A stretch of 64,000 bases of DNA from Nitrospirota bacterium (GCA_963751455.1 CAVVUN010000015.1:160001-224000), one strand, 5' to 3'; positions 10,607 through 21,374 are shown, counted from the first letter of the stretch. Notes: generated by a model from the letters alone, not told the origin. Program-made: numbers and translations.

Positions 10607-11731
10607 ATGGCGGATGCCGACAAGCCGCAGCCCAGGATTCTTATCGTTGATGATGAGGAAAAGAACCATCGGCTTATTTCTGCAATTTTAAAAAATCTTT
10701 CCTGCGTTTTTGATACCGCGAAAGACGGAAGAGACGCCATAATGAGGACGGTGGCGTTCAACCCCGACCTGATATTCCTGGACATCATGATGCCCGAAAT
10801 GGACGGGTATGCCGTCTGCAGGTTCCTGAAGGACAACCCTGATACGCGGAACATTCCGATTATCATCGTCACCGCAATCGACGACAAGGCCTCGAAACTC
10901 AAGGCGCTCGAAGCCGGAGCAAACGATTTCCTTACGAAGCCGATCGACAGCACTGAAGCGATCATCAGGACCCGGAACCTGCTTCGGATCAAGGAATTCG
11001 AGGATTTCCTTAAGGACCACGCCGAGCGCCTGGAGGAGGAAACAAGGAAAAAGACGGCGGACCTCAATGAGGCGTTACAGGGCATCAAGAAGTCACAGCA
11101 GAGCCTGAAGGCAAGTTATCTTGACACGATTTACCGCCTTACCGTGGTGGCCGAATACAAGGACGAAGCAAGCGTATCCCACGTGAAGAGAGTCGGGCTG
11201 TGCTGCGAACATATAGCGAAAGAGTTCGGCTGGCCGGCCGAAAAGGTGGAAATGATAAAATACGCGGCGCCCATGCACGATATCGGCAAGATCGGGATAC
11301 CTTCCGATATCCTGCTGAAGCCCGGCGCGCTTTCTCCCGAGGAGCTGGCTCTGGTAAAAACCCACACGATCATCGGCGGCAGGATCCTTCACGGCTCGCA
11401 CTCGGAGTTCCTCAAGATGGCCGAATTGATCGCGATAAACCACCACGAACGGTGGGACGGGACCGGTTACCCTGCCGGGCTGAAGGGCCAGAAAATACCG
11501 ATCGAGGGAAGGATCGTCTCCTTTGCGGACCAGTATGACGCCCTCCGGAGTATGCGGCCGTACAAACCCCCCTTCGACTATGTCATGGCATACCGGATCA
11601 TCGTCGAGGGAAATGAGAGGATAAAGCCAGGGCACTTCGATCCCGAACTCCTCAAAATCTTTAAAGCTACGCATAAGACCTTCGAGAAGATCTACGATTA
11701 CCATAAGGACGAGCGCGCCCGGCTGATCTGA
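10607..11731 (+). CDS. Response regulator with HD-GYP c-di-GMP phosphodiesterase domain
   Basis: REC domain (DIMMPEMDG), HDIGKIG, HHERWDGTGYP. Confidence 0.92.
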   Translation: MADADKPQPRILIVDDEEKNHRLISAILKNLSCVFDTAKDGRDAIMRTVAFNPDLIFLDIMMPEMDGYAVCRFLKDNPDTRNIPIIIVTAIDDKASKLKALEAGANDFLTKPIDSTEAIIRTRNLLRIKEFEDFLKDHAERLEEETRKKTADLNEALQGIKKSQQSLKASYLDTIYRLTVVAEYKDEASVSHVKRVGLCCEHIAKEFGWPAEKVEMIKYAAPMHDIGKIGIPSDILLKPGALSPEELALVKTHTIIGGRILHGSHSEFLKMAELIAINHHERWDGTGYPAGLKGQKIPIEGRIVSFADQYDALRSMRPYKPPFDYVMAYRIIVEGNERIKPGHFDPELLKIFKATHKTFEKIYDYHKDERARLI

Positions 11732-11861
11732 CAGAAATCCGATTAGCCCCTTTGAGCGGGAGTTTCTCTTTACAAGAATTGCCAAACTGATCGGACTTAC
11801 AAAATAGTACGACTTATTATTCGGTGCTTTCCGGAAACAGGCACGGCAGGTTTGATGCGGA

Positions 11862-12347
11862 ATGGGACTTTATCAAAGTAAAAGAGTTATTCTGGGTTTG
11901 TTTGCCGGCTTGATGTCAGGCATCGTGATCGGATGCGCTTCCGCGCCACAGCCGAAACATCTTGAGGGATACTCTTTCCCGGTCGCAGAAAAGGCGGCTG
12001 CCATTGCCCGGGCCATGATCGGGAAACCCTACCGGTATGGCGGGGACAGCCCGTCAGGCTTTGATTGCAGCGGCCTGGTCCGGTATAGCTATCGTTCAGC
12101 AGGCCTGGATCTGCCGCACGGCACCGGCGAATTGAGGCGGCAATCCCGGTCGGTATCTTCCCGAGAGCTCCGAAAAGGGGACCTGGTATTCTTCAATCAG
12201 GAAGGAAAGAAATCCTCCCACGTCGGCATCTATACAGGCGGCGACCATTTCATCCATGCTCCGGGCAGCGGAAAGCGCGTACGCATGGACAGTCTCGATG
12301 ACGCGTACTGGAAAAAACATTTCGTCGACGGCCGCCGGTTTTATTAA
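11862..12347 (+). CDS. NlpC/P60 (C40) cell-wall peptidase lipoprotein
   Basis: Lipobox IGC, GFDCSGLV, HVGIY. Confidence 0.9.
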   Translation: MGLYQSKRVILGLFAGLMSGIVIGCASAPQPKHLEGYSFPVAEKAAAIARAMIGKPYRYGGDSPSGFDCSGLVRYSYRSAGLDLPHGTGELRRQSRSVSSRELRKGDLVFFNQEGKKSSHVGIYTGGDHFIHAPGSGKRVRMDSLDDAYWKKHFVDGRRFY

Positions 12348-12352
12348 CGAGT

Positions 12353-12467
12353 TCAAAAAACAAAGGATCCTGAACGTCATGCCGTGGAGTTCAGCCTGTA
12401 TTCGCGCTTCGCACTTATAACCACTGGCCGCAGGCGAGATCCTTTCTTTTTTCTGCACCGCCGTTCG
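12353..12467 (-). repeat. Palindromic intergenic repeat; second copy at 20131-20289 (+)
   Basis: Shared GAACGGCGGTGCAGAAAAAAGAAA(A)GGATC...GGCATGACGTT...CAGGATCCTTTGTTTTTTG. Confidence 0.7.
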
Positions 12468-12687
12468 CAGCGCCGCGCAGACATGCCAGAGTATCTTTAA
12501 TTTTACAGGTCAATACAGCTGCCAGTAGCGCTGAGCTTCGCACGCGCATGCACGATTGTGGTTACCGACTAGAGTCCCGGTCATGTAAAGCGCGGTCGAC
12601 CTGCACCCAACGATTTCGAGTGCGCAAGCGCGAGAGTAGGGCGTGCTCACGGGATGCAGGGGTGTTTTGAAAAAACAAAAAGGCTAG

Positions 12688-13467
12688 TTACTTGCGGGGC
12701 TTTCGGGAAGGTTTTCTTGTTTCAAGTTGTGCAAGCCGTTTCAGCCGGCTCTTCTGGGCAAGACCGCTCCAGAGGCCGTAGAACAGCACCTGCAGAGTTA
12801 TAACGACCACAAACCCTACATGGGTTACATATCCCATCGAGTCCGCCGCCTGCACAGTCATCTCTTCCAGCTTACGGTAAAGGATGACGAGGTTAGTCAT
12901 GGTCGTGATCATCGTCACCAGTGCGCCTACGATGACACCTTCCAGAACCGCCTCAGCTTTCGTTGTATATCCTATCCAGAGTCCTGTTCCAAAGCTCGAC
13001 GTAAAAGCTATAATTGCGAGAATAACCAGGCCTTCCGTGCCGCTCTGCCAGGGATGGTCTCCGCGCATAAACACAGCCACTGTTTCGATCGAGGCTGCAC
13101 CATAGATTTCGCTGAATGATTGACCTGTGAAGCGAATAAATGCAAGGCTATACAGAATTTCAATGGTAATTTTGATGCCGAAACTGACTCCAATCCCGAG
13201 AATGATACGCTCGACCGTGATCCCCTCAATTATTCTGCGCGCTCCCGATTTGATTCCATCGACATTTTTCTCGCGTTGACCGCTCTGCTGGTCAGTCGGA
13301 GTCGATACGACTTCTTTTCCCTTCATTTTTTCCAGTGCTTGATATGCAAGGGCATAGAGAATCGGGATAAGAGGGAGAACCTTGTTTGTCAAGGTTTCGT
13401 TACTGAGGGTGACAAGGCCGATAGCGCCGCCGATGGCTATGGTGAAGCTGAGAAATAGGTTGCCCAT
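12688..13467 (-). CDS. Hypothetical membrane protein
   Basis: 259-aa ORF with several hydrophobic helices. Confidence 0.65.
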   Translation of the reverse strand: MGNLFLSFTIAIGGAIGLVTLSNETLTNKVLPLIPILYALAYQALEKMKGKEVVSTPTDQQSGQREKNVDGIKSGARRIIEGITVERIILGIGVSFGIKITIEILYSLAFIRFTGQSFSEIYGAASIETVAVFMRGDHPWQSGTEGLVILAIIAFTSSFGTGLWIGYTTKAEAVLEGVIVGALVTMITTMTNLVILYRKLEEMTVQAADSMGYVTHVGFVVVITLQVLFYGLWSGLAQKSRLKRLAQLETRKPSRKPRK

Positions 13468-13541
13468 GGAAAAAAATTATACCACAATACGTAAGCCTTT
13501 TCGAGGGTTAAAAAATTTCTGACAAAGGAAAAATGGGATGC

Positions 13542-14198
13542 TTATTTTTTTTGGGCATAAGAAGCGAGTTGCCGGTAAAAATCTTTGCCGAGGAACGTTT
13601 CAATCGTCTTTTTAAGGCTTTTGTACATGGGCTCGCCCTTGGGCTTTTTCATGCACGGTATGTGGTCGAGATAGGGCGTGTCCTGGATAGAGAGCACCTG
13701 CCTGCCGTCATCCGAGGGATAGATCGCGAGCGGGTACTGGACACAGTCAGCGAATTTGAACTCCTCCCAGACGAGGCCTTTGTCCATGGCAAAGGTGTGT
13801 ACGGCGCAGTACCGGAAACCTTCCTTGTTCGTGTAGAGCAGCGAACAGGTGTTCTTGAAGATCAATACACAGCGGAAATCGCGGCCGCCGAAGGCGCGTC
13901 GAATCGCCCGGGCCTCATCCGCATGGATTTCGCAGCCCTTGGGGCACTGTTTCGAGCAGTCAGCGAGTATCGTTCCCTGTTTTTTGAGAACACCGCGGTT
14001 TTCAGCCGGCAGATAGGAAAGGATTTTGTCGAAATGCGCCTCGATGTTCTTCACTTCCTGGTCCGGAACGATGCAGGCCCTGTAGCAGCACTGCGATTTG
14101 CAGTCATAGCCGACCACATCGCATGTATACGGGCGGGTGAATATCTCCGGGTTTACCAGCACGGACGCTATTTCGATAAAGTTTTTTTCTGCGGACAC
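13542..14198 (-). CDS. DUF3109-like cysteine-rich protein
   Basis: CDVVGYDCKSQCCYRAC and YCAVH..CVQYP motifs; GTG start with GGAGG RBS. Confidence 0.6.
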   Translation of the reverse strand: MSAEKNFIEIASVLVNPEIFTRPYTCDVVGYDCKSQCCYRACIVPDQEVKNIEAHFDKILSYLPAENRGVLKKQGTILADCSKQCPKGCEIHADEARAIRRAFGGRDFRCVLIFKNTCSLLYTNKEGFRYCAVHTFAMDKGLVWEEFKFADCVQYPLAIYPSDDGRQVLSIQDTPYLDHIPCMKKPKGEPMYKSLKKTIETFLGKDFYRQLASYAQKK

Positions 14199-14341
14199 GA
14201 TCGAACCTCCAAGAGAATATTGCGAATCCCGAATTGCCCGGCCCAGCTCTGCGCTGACCGTAAAACAGTCCAATATTAAGACTATCCGGAATGGATGTAA
14301 AGACTTTTTTGACTGGCAGTCCTCCGACGGGGTGGCTTCAT

Positions 14342-14693
14342 CAGCAGGCCGCTGAAAAAGTCTTTTAAGCCTAAAAAAAGCATTTGGGACGCAGAAAAAT
14401 CGGATAAACGCAGATAAGGTCGGATAAAAAAACGTTCTTGTATCGTAAAAGCAGTCACCCTGCGGGTGAATTTTTTTCTCTAAAAATTCTTTTGTTTGAT
14501 CTGCGGTTATCGATCGACTGAGCTCACGCCGAAGTCTGCGTTCATCTGCGTCCAACTGCCGTATTCAGGTTAAGCCGTCTTTGCGAGCGAAGCGAAGCAA
14601 TCTCGCCGTTCACAATGCCTTGAAAAATCGAGGTTGCCGCGTCGCAAAAATCGCTCCTCGCAATGACAGCGAGGGTTTTTCAACAGCCTGTTA
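14342..14693. mobile_element. Nested MITE (CAGGCxGxTGAAAAA TIRs) holding a TTAA-flanked inner element and a palindromic repeat
   Basis: Outer imperfect TIRs at 14342-14362 and 14672-14693; inner CC...GG element ~14370-14569; GTCTTTGCGAG...CTCGCAATGAC palindrome. Confidence 0.6.
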
Positions 14694-15270
14694 GATCCCC
14701 CTCCCCCTTGATGGGGCAGTTTAAGAGAGAGTGACGACTATGCACGACGCATATTCCCCCTCCTCTTGATCTCCTGCCATCAGGAGAGCGGGTAAAAATG
14801 TTACCTCGCAGCTTGCTGCTAGAGTTCAACAGCGAAAAAATCCGTTTCATGGCTGTTCGAGCACGTTCCGATCTGGAAATTCCGGCAGTGTGCGGCTCCC
14901 GTGCTTCTCTTGCTGACGTCCTCCGGGCCCCGGAACTCTCTGATGAGCTCAAAACCGGAGATGAACGGGCAATCAGGGACGAAAAGAGGTCGAGAATACT
15001 ATCAGCCGCGGACTGAAAGTGACTGCAAAAGACTCCGGACGCCGCGCGAAAAAGATACGCGGAAAAAAAATGACGCGCATCCCATTTTATTCTTGACAAA
15101 GAGAACCAATTTTGATAAATCACGTTTAAATTAATTGTGTGATGGCGCCGTCCGAGGTCTGGACGGATTGGACTTGGTCACTAACCCTTCCGCGGAACGG
15201 AAGGCGGTGCTCGCGGAGTCCGGGATGGCATTCTCGGAGCAGGCAGCGGGCGGAGAAGGAGGCAAACAGG

Positions 15271-15705
15271 TTGCACGCGTTGGGGACCCACTTATTGTTG
15301 GAGTTGAAGGATTGCAACCCTAAGACCCTGACCAACTTAGAGTTTGTACAGGAAACACTAAAAAATGCAGCACTTGAGGCAAAGGCGACGATTGTAGAAG
15401 TCGCTTTCCACGAGTTCAGCCCCTTTGGCATCAGCGGGATGGTGGTCATCGCCGAATCCCATCTTGCCATCCACACCTGGCCGGAATACGGCTACGCCGC
15501 AGTAGATGTCTTCACTTGCGGAGACCTGATCGATCCGAGGGTCGCCGCACAATTCCTGATCGAAAAGTTCCAGTCTAAAAACCCGTCCATCATCGAGATG
15601 AAGCGCGGAATCCTCGGCCACGAGAAGCTTCCCCATAAAGTGACGGTACAGCAGGGAGAATCGCTCGAGCATGATAGAGCCGAAGAGTTACAAGTGGTTC
15701 ATTGA
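15271..15705 (+). CDS. speD: S-adenosylmethionine decarboxylase proenzyme
   Basis: GTHLLLEL and ESHLAIHTWPE autocleavage motif; TTG start with AAGGAGG RBS. Confidence 0.93.
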   Translation: MHALGTHLLLELKDCNPKTLTNLEFVQETLKNAALEAKATIVEVAFHEFSPFGISGMVVIAESHLAIHTWPEYGYAAVDVFTCGDLIDPRVAAQFLIEKFQSKNPSIIEMKRGILGHEKLPHKVTVQQGESLEHDRAEELQVVH

Positions 15706-16591
15706 GTACACGAGCCCCGAGGAGGGGCATCTTCACGGCATCCGCATGATCCAGTACGCAAGCCAGACCAAGTATCAGCGGATGGAGATCATGGACAGCG
15801 GCAGCTACGGCCGGTGCCTCGTGCTGGACGGCAAGATGCAGTCTACCGTCACCGACGAGTTCATCTATCATGAGGCACTGGTGCACCCCGCCCTTTTGAC
15901 GCACCCGAACCCCAAACGGGTCTTTATCGTGGGCGGAGGGGAGGGAGCAACGCTCCGTGAAGTCCTGCGCCACAAGAGCGTGGAGTACTGCATGATGGTG
16001 GACATCGACCAGGAAGTCGTTGAAAAGTCCAAGGAACTGCTGCCTGAGTGGCACCAGGGCGCCTTCGATGACCCCCGGACTGATCTGCGCTTCATGGACG
16101 CGCGCAAGTACCTGGAAGAAACGACCGATTCCTATGACGCGATCATCATCGACATTTCCGAACCTGTCGAGGAGGGCCCGGCATACCTTCTTTTTACGCG
16201 GGAGTTCTACGAGATCGTGAAAGAGCGGCTGAGCCCGGATGGGGTGATTTCACTCCAGGCAGGAACGACCGCGCTGCACCAGCTTCTGAATTTCACGGCC
16301 GTGGACAAGACCCTGAACGCGGTCTTTCCCGTGGTCGCGCCTTACTGTGTCTCTATTCCGTCTTTCGGACTTCCCTGGGGTTTTACCCTGGCATCGAAGA
16401 ACCTCGATCCCCGGAAGTTTTCGCCGCGGGACCTGGACGCCATGATCAAAAAGAGGATCAAGGGCGAAAATCGGTACTACGACGGCATAACGAACCAGGG
16501 CATGTACATGTTGCCGAAGCATATCCGCAAGGCCATGGCGGAAGAGACCAGGATCATTGAAGACAATGCACCCCTCTTTACGTACCACTAG
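15671..16591 (+). CDS. speE: Polyamine aminopropyltransferase (spermidine synthase)
   Basis: LDGKMQST, DEFIYHEALVHP, GGGEGATLRE. Confidence 0.93.
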   Translation: MIEPKSYKWFIEYTSPEEGHLHGIRMIQYASQTKYQRMEIMDSGSYGRCLVLDGKMQSTVTDEFIYHEALVHPALLTHPNPKRVFIVGGGEGATLREVLRHKSVEYCMMVDIDQEVVEKSKELLPEWHQGAFDDPRTDLRFMDARKYLEETTDSYDAIIIDISEPVEEGPAYLLFTREFYEIVKERLSPDGVISLQAGTTALHQLLNFTAVDKTLNAVFPVVAPYCVSIPSFGLPWGFTLASKNLDPRKFSPRDLDAMIKKRIKGENRYYDGITNQGMYMLPKHIRKAMAEETRIIEDNAPLFTYH

Positions 16592-16666
16592 CGGGACGCA
16601 GGCAGCGCGCGCCCTGCACGGGATTTTTTTTCTGCGAACCTGCGGGGAGAAAACCCGGATAATACA

Positions 16667-18151
16667 ATGAACCATCCTCCATCCCGATTCGAGGACGAGC
16701 AGTTCCGCACCCCGCTGTTCGACGCAATGGTCAATCTTGCGGAAAGCCGCAAGGTCTCGTTCCATACCCCCGGACATAAGAGCGGCAAAGGCATATCCAC
16801 CCGGTTCCGTAAATTCGTGGGACCGCGCATCTTTTCGATCGACCTGACCACGCTCGATGAAGTCGACTCACTCCAGAACCCCACCGGTGTAATCAAAGAA
16901 GCCCAGGAACTGGCCGCAAAGGCGGCCGGGGCGGACAGGTCCTATTTCCTCGTCAACGGCACGACCGTGGGCAATCACGCCATGGTTGCCTCCACGACGG
17001 GACCCGGCGACAAGGTCATCATCGCCCGGAACTGCCACCGCTCGGTCCTTACCGGCCTCATCATGAGCGGCGCCCAGCCGATTTTTTTTCAGCCGGCATT
17101 CGACCGGGACCTCAAGCTCACGCTGAACGTCACCTTCGAAACCGCGAAGCAGGCGATCGACGCCAATCCCGGCGCCCGGGCGCTCCTGATCACGAGCCCG
17201 AACTACTACGGCCTGTGCGCGGACATCGAAAAAATCATCCCGTACGCTCGCGAGAAGGGCCTTCTGATCTTCGTGGACGAAGCCCACGGACCTCACCTCA
17301 AGTTTAACCCGAAGCTCCCGAAATGCGCGCTGGAAGCCGGAGCAGACCTGTGCGTCCAGTCGACCCACAAGATCGTTGGGGGCATGACCCAGGCCTCGAT
17401 GCTCCATGCCATGTCGGCGAGGATCAACATTGACGACGTTACGAACACGCTCAAGCTTCTCCAGACGACCAGTCCTTCCTATATCCTCATGGCTTCCCTG
17501 GACCTCGCCAGGATGCAGATGGCAACCGAAGGAAAGAAACTTCTGAACCGAACCATAAAGCTCGCCGAAGAGGCCCGGCTGGCAATCGCGAAAATCCCGG
17601 GCATCACCTGCTTCGGCAAAGACCGGGCAAAGCAGGCAGGCATGGCGGACATGGATGTCACGAAAATGACGATCACGGTCTCCGACCTCGGGCTTTCCGG
17701 GTATCATGTGTCCCAGCTGCTGAACAACCGGTTCGGCATCCAGGTAGAGATGGCCGACCCGTTTCACGTGCTGGTAATCGTCTCGATCGGCGACCGGCAG
17801 GACGACCTCAACCGGCTCGTCGAGGCGCTTCGCGTCATCGCAGCGGAAAGCGGGCTCCAGGGCGCGCTACTTCCGCTCGACAAGGTGCATCCTCCGGCCC
17901 TGAACAACCGTTTCGCCATGACCCCGCGCGATGCCTTCTATTCCGACAGTGAACTCGTTAATCTCGACGGCGCTGCGGGCAGGGTATCGACCGAGATCGT
18001 GACCGTGTACCCGCCCGGCATACCCCTCCTCGTTCCCGGGGAAGAGATCTGCCAGGACGCCATCGATTATCTCCGCAATATGGCCGGCCTCGGCGCAATC
18101 ATCGACGGCATGAACGAGAACAACACGCTTGTTCGTGTGGCCAAGGCGTAA
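16667..18151 (+). CDS. PLP-dependent arginine/lysine/ornithine decarboxylase (fold type I)
   Basis: FHTPGHK, DEAHG, QSTHK, TTSPSY, YPPGIP; in operon with speD and speE. Confidence 0.9.
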   Translation: MNHPPSRFEDEQFRTPLFDAMVNLAESRKVSFHTPGHKSGKGISTRFRKFVGPRIFSIDLTTLDEVDSLQNPTGVIKEAQELAAKAAGADRSYFLVNGTTVGNHAMVASTTGPGDKVIIARNCHRSVLTGLIMSGAQPIFFQPAFDRDLKLTLNVTFETAKQAIDANPGARALLITSPNYYGLCADIEKIIPYAREKGLLIFVDEAHGPHLKFNPKLPKCALEAGADLCVQSTHKIVGGMTQASMLHAMSARINIDDVTNTLKLLQTTSPSYILMASLDLARMQMATEGKKLLNRTIKLAEEARLAIAKIPGITCFGKDRAKQAGMADMDVTKMTITVSDLGLSGYHVSQLLNNRFGIQVEMADPFHVLVIVSIGDRQDDLNRLVEALRVIAAESGLQGALLPLDKVHPPALNNRFAMTPRDAFYSDSELVNLDGAAGRVSTEIVTVYPPGIPLLVPGEEICQDAIDYLRNMAGLGAIIDGMNENNTLVRVAKA

Positions 18152-18283
18152 AAAACCAATCAACAATCTGGAAGCGGATCGATTCCGAAAATGACCCGAA
18201 TTTAAACAACTCCACACTCGCCACCCCCGTCTCGACTTTTCCTTGGAAGTTCCTCATTGCAGTGACTCTGCCGGTATATCGAT

Positions 18284-18356
18284 TTAACCTAAAAAAAGCA
18301 TTTGGGACGCAGAAAAATCGGATAAACGCAGACAGCCGAATGTATGAAAGGTTTAA
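18284..18356 (+). repeat. Short copy of the TTAA-CCTAAAAAAAGCATTTGGGACGCAG element
   Basis: About 45 nt identical to 14370-14413. Confidence 0.7.
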
Positions 18357-18439
18357 GTGAATTTTCCCATCCAAAAATAAATCGTACTATACTTAAACTA
18401 AGAAAAATATAAAGGAATGGACACAGGAAGGGAGACTAT

Positions 18440-18697
18440 ATGCTCTTTATCATGGAGTACTGGTACATCTGGGTCATCGGATTGATTGTACTGCCGATCA
18501 TTGCAATCTTGCCGCAGATAAGGAACATTCTCGAGATTATCGAGAATAAAAATAAGGACCCGAGAGAAATCGCGAAGCTTTTTTTGAAACCAGGGACATT
18601 GACAGTTACGATACTGGGAGGAATGGGGACGTTCATCTGCTTTATTTTTTTCTTTGCCTCGATTCTGTTCGCGATAATCAAGTACATAAAGTCATGA
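18440..18697 (+). CDS. Small membrane protein
   Basis: Two hydrophobic helices, GGAG RBS. Confidence 0.6.
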   Translation: MLFIMEYWYIWVIGLIVLPIIAILPQIRNILEIIENKNKDPREIAKLFLKPGTLTVTILGGMGTFICFIFFFASILFAIIKYIKS

Positions 18698-18840
18698 ATG
18701 CCTTCCCGCTTTACATTCATGTAATTTTATAGTATTTTTTAATTGTACGGGTGATCCCGTTTACTGCTCTGATTCTGTTTAACCATTCCGCAATCCGAAA
18801 TCCGCAATCAACAATTTTGGCATATGGTCACGCATAAAAA

Positions 18841-19887
18841 ATGAAGAAACTTGACCGTGCAGCAAACGAAGACTCCAGCGTGCCTCAGGTCTCGATCGTC
18901 ATGCCGTTTCGAAACGCGGAAGATACGCTTCCTGAGTGCCTCGATTCGCTCCAGCAACAGACACTTCAGGATTTCGAGGCGCTGCTCGTGGATGACGGGT
19001 CCGAAGATCTATCTGCAAAAATTGTCCGGGACCTGGCTCGGGAGGACAAGCGGTTTCGCCTGCTGTGCCCGGGCCGTATCGGGCTTGTGGCAGCGCTCAA
19101 TCTCGGCATAGAGCAATCCCGCGCAGCCCTGATCGCGCGGATGGACGCGGACGATATCATGCATCCGGACCGGCTGCTGCGGCAAAGCGAATTCCTTCAC
19201 GATCATCCGGATATTACGCTCGTCGGCTGCCGGGTGGAGCTCTTCCCTGAAGATGCGATTCGCGCCGGTTACCGGGAATACGTGCGATGGCAGAACGAAT
19301 GCGTCGACCCCGGCGCTATTGCGGCAAATATTTATGTCGAATCTCCGCTTGTCCATCCGTCTGTAATGGTCAGGCGAAGCGCGCTCCAGGCGCTGGGCGG
19401 CTATTGTGAAGGGCCTTTTCCCGAGGACTATGATTTATGGCTCAGGATGCACGAGGCTGGGCACAGGATGGCCAGGGTGGAAGATGTGCTTCTGTCATGG
19501 CGGGAGCGGCCGGACCGGACATCGCGCGTAGACCCGCGCTACGGCCGCGAAAGCTTCGATCGTCTGCGCGCCCGCCATCTTAGCCGGGACCCGCGTCTTT
19601 CTTCAGGAAGGAAACTGGTAGTCTGGGGCGGGGGAAGGTCGACCCGCAGCCGCGTGCGCTATCTGCTGGATCATGGCGTTTCAATTCATGCCTGGGTGGA
19701 TGTCGATCCCGGGCGGATCAATATGACTATCTGGGGACTGCCTGTGCATCCATACACCTGGCTCGAGCGCAGCCCGAGACCCTTTGTCCTGGTGTACGTC
19801 ACGAACCACGGCGCGCGAGAAGAGATCGCAGAGGCTCTTAACAAGTGGGGCTATGTTTGCGGCCAGGATTATCTGGCTGTAGGATAG
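18841..19887 (+). CDS. Glycosyltransferase family 2
   Basis: VDDGSED, ARMDADD, EDYDLWLR. Confidence 0.9.
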   Translation: MKKLDRAANEDSSVPQVSIVMPFRNAEDTLPECLDSLQQQTLQDFEALLVDDGSEDLSAKIVRDLAREDKRFRLLCPGRIGLVAALNLGIEQSRAALIARMDADDIMHPDRLLRQSEFLHDHPDITLVGCRVELFPEDAIRAGYREYVRWQNECVDPGAIAANIYVESPLVHPSVMVRRSALQALGGYCEGPFPEDYDLWLRMHEAGHRMARVEDVLLSWRERPDRTSRVDPRYGRESFDRLRARHLSRDPRLSSGRKLVVWGGGRSTRSRVRYLLDHGVSIHAWVDVDPGRINMTIWGLPVHPYTWLERSPRPFVLVYVTNHGAREEIAEALNKWGYVCGQDYLAVG

Positions 19888-20307
19888 CGGGGTTTGAGCA
19901 AAGTAAGAATGGACAAATTAAGAAGTATGAAAACATCTAAATTCTAAAGCAGTTGCAGTTCCAAAAGCGACTGCATCCCGTGAATACGTTCCTGCTTTGC
20001 CATGCGTGAAAAAACGGCATCCGACCATCAGCTTAAACAGCACAGCGAAGCAGAGCGGAGCGTGAGTGCTGCAGGTGGGCGCAGCGATCAGTAAAACCAA
20101 GAAACAAGCTGGCATGCTTGCAGGGACATTTGAACGGCGGTGCAGAAAAAAGAAAAGGATCCCGCGACTTCATGGCATGACGTTGATCTCGCCGCTGATT
20201 CAGGCAGACGATCTCGATTCACAGAGAGAGAAACAGCATCGTACTCGCTCGCTACGCTTACTCCAGAATTCAGGATCCTTTGTTTTTTGGCAACTCGACC
20301 GTACAAA

Positions 20308-20631
20308 TTATATATCGCTGTTCTGCGCCGTTTTTTCTTTCACGTTCTTTAGTTTCTCCATGCGCGCAGTTTCTCTCGCTTCTTCATGGCTGTTTGCCTG
20401 TTCCCACGCCTTTTTGTAAAGACCGCGCGGCTGTTTGAACACGATCCGGAAATTATCGCCATCGAGATAAACAGGCATGAACAGGCCTGCTTCCCGAGCG
20501 AGTACATCGGCCTGCACAAGAGCCCATTCGCTGCCGGTCTTGAAGCCTGCGGTCTTTCCCATCTGAAATGCGGTCCCAAAACAAACGAGCAGTATTGCGA
20601 GCGCAATAATTGAAGTAGTCAAATTTTTCAT
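20308..20631 (-). CDS. Hypothetical exported or membrane-anchored protein
   Basis: GGAGGG RBS, N-terminal hydrophobic segment. Confidence 0.5.
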   Translation of the reverse strand: MKNLTTSIIALAILLVCFGTAFQMGKTAGFKTGSEWALVQADVLAREAGLFMPVYLDGDNFRIVFKQPRGLYKKAWEQANSHEEARETARMEKLKNVKEKTAQNSDI

Positions 20632-20879
20632 AAATCGGGGGTCCCTCCATAAATTTAGCCCGTGTTTAGCAGAATGCGGAAAAAAGTGCAAGCAATTTTT
20701 GACCATCGTCGTATTGGTTTTTTTAATAGTGTCTGAAAGTGATTGAAAAAAATCAGATGAGCGGTTTGCGAAAAATATAATTTATTATTGAGACCGCCAG
20801 ATCGCGGTCTCGGATTCAACAACGCAACGTTATTATCTCTGCTCAATGCTCAATAACTCGATTGTCCGCACTCGAAGGA

Positions 20880-21026
20880 TTAACGTAAGACAATACAGGC
20901 AAGATAGCGCAAGAACTTTTCCCTCTCGACAAGCGACATATCGAGGTAGAGAGGACTCTCGCTTACGATATGATCCAGCTCCCTTTCCTCTTCCATCGCT
21001 TCATCGGTTGTTTCCTGTTCGTTCAT
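20880..21026 (-). CDS. 48-aa small protein (MNEQETTDEAMEEERELDHIVSESPLYLDMSLVEREKFLRYLACIVLR), absent from ORF track
   Basis: ATG with AAGGCGGT RBS, 40 nt downstream of a sigma-54 consensus. Confidence 0.55.
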   Translation of the reverse strand: MNEQETTDEAMEEERELDHIVSESPLYLDMSLVEREKFLRYLACIVLR

Positions 21027-21066
21027 AGATAGAGCACCGCCTTTCTCTTACCTATGCTGACACTAT

Positions 21067-21082
21067 TGCATTAGGCGTGCCA
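21067..21082 (-). promoter_or_regulatory. Sigma-54 promoter
   Basis: Minus strand TGGCAC-GCCTA-ATGCA with correct -24/-12 spacing. Confidence 0.65.
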
Positions 21083-21374
21083 TATGGAAAAAGAAATGTT
21101 TTCAAAGAATTATAATTTTACGCTCAGAAAGGAATGGGTGAATTAACCGCAGTGAAGGGGGCGTATGACCACATTGAATAATTATGTGAATATTACCCGA
21201 GGAAATAACGCAGTGGAATTGCGGCGTCGCATTTAACCGCAACTTAACGCTATGCGCTCTGCTCCTCACGCACTCCTCAGCGACTCAACACTTGGTCGTC
21301 AAGCATCCTATATCATGCAGTTTCCATCCTGCGTCGTTTCTGTTTCATACCCCAAAAATACCCTATCAAGCGGC

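Noticed and set aside
14199-14555. N-terminal 119 aa of ORF 13542-14555
   Set aside because: Runs through nested repeats; a GTG with a good RBS exists at 14198
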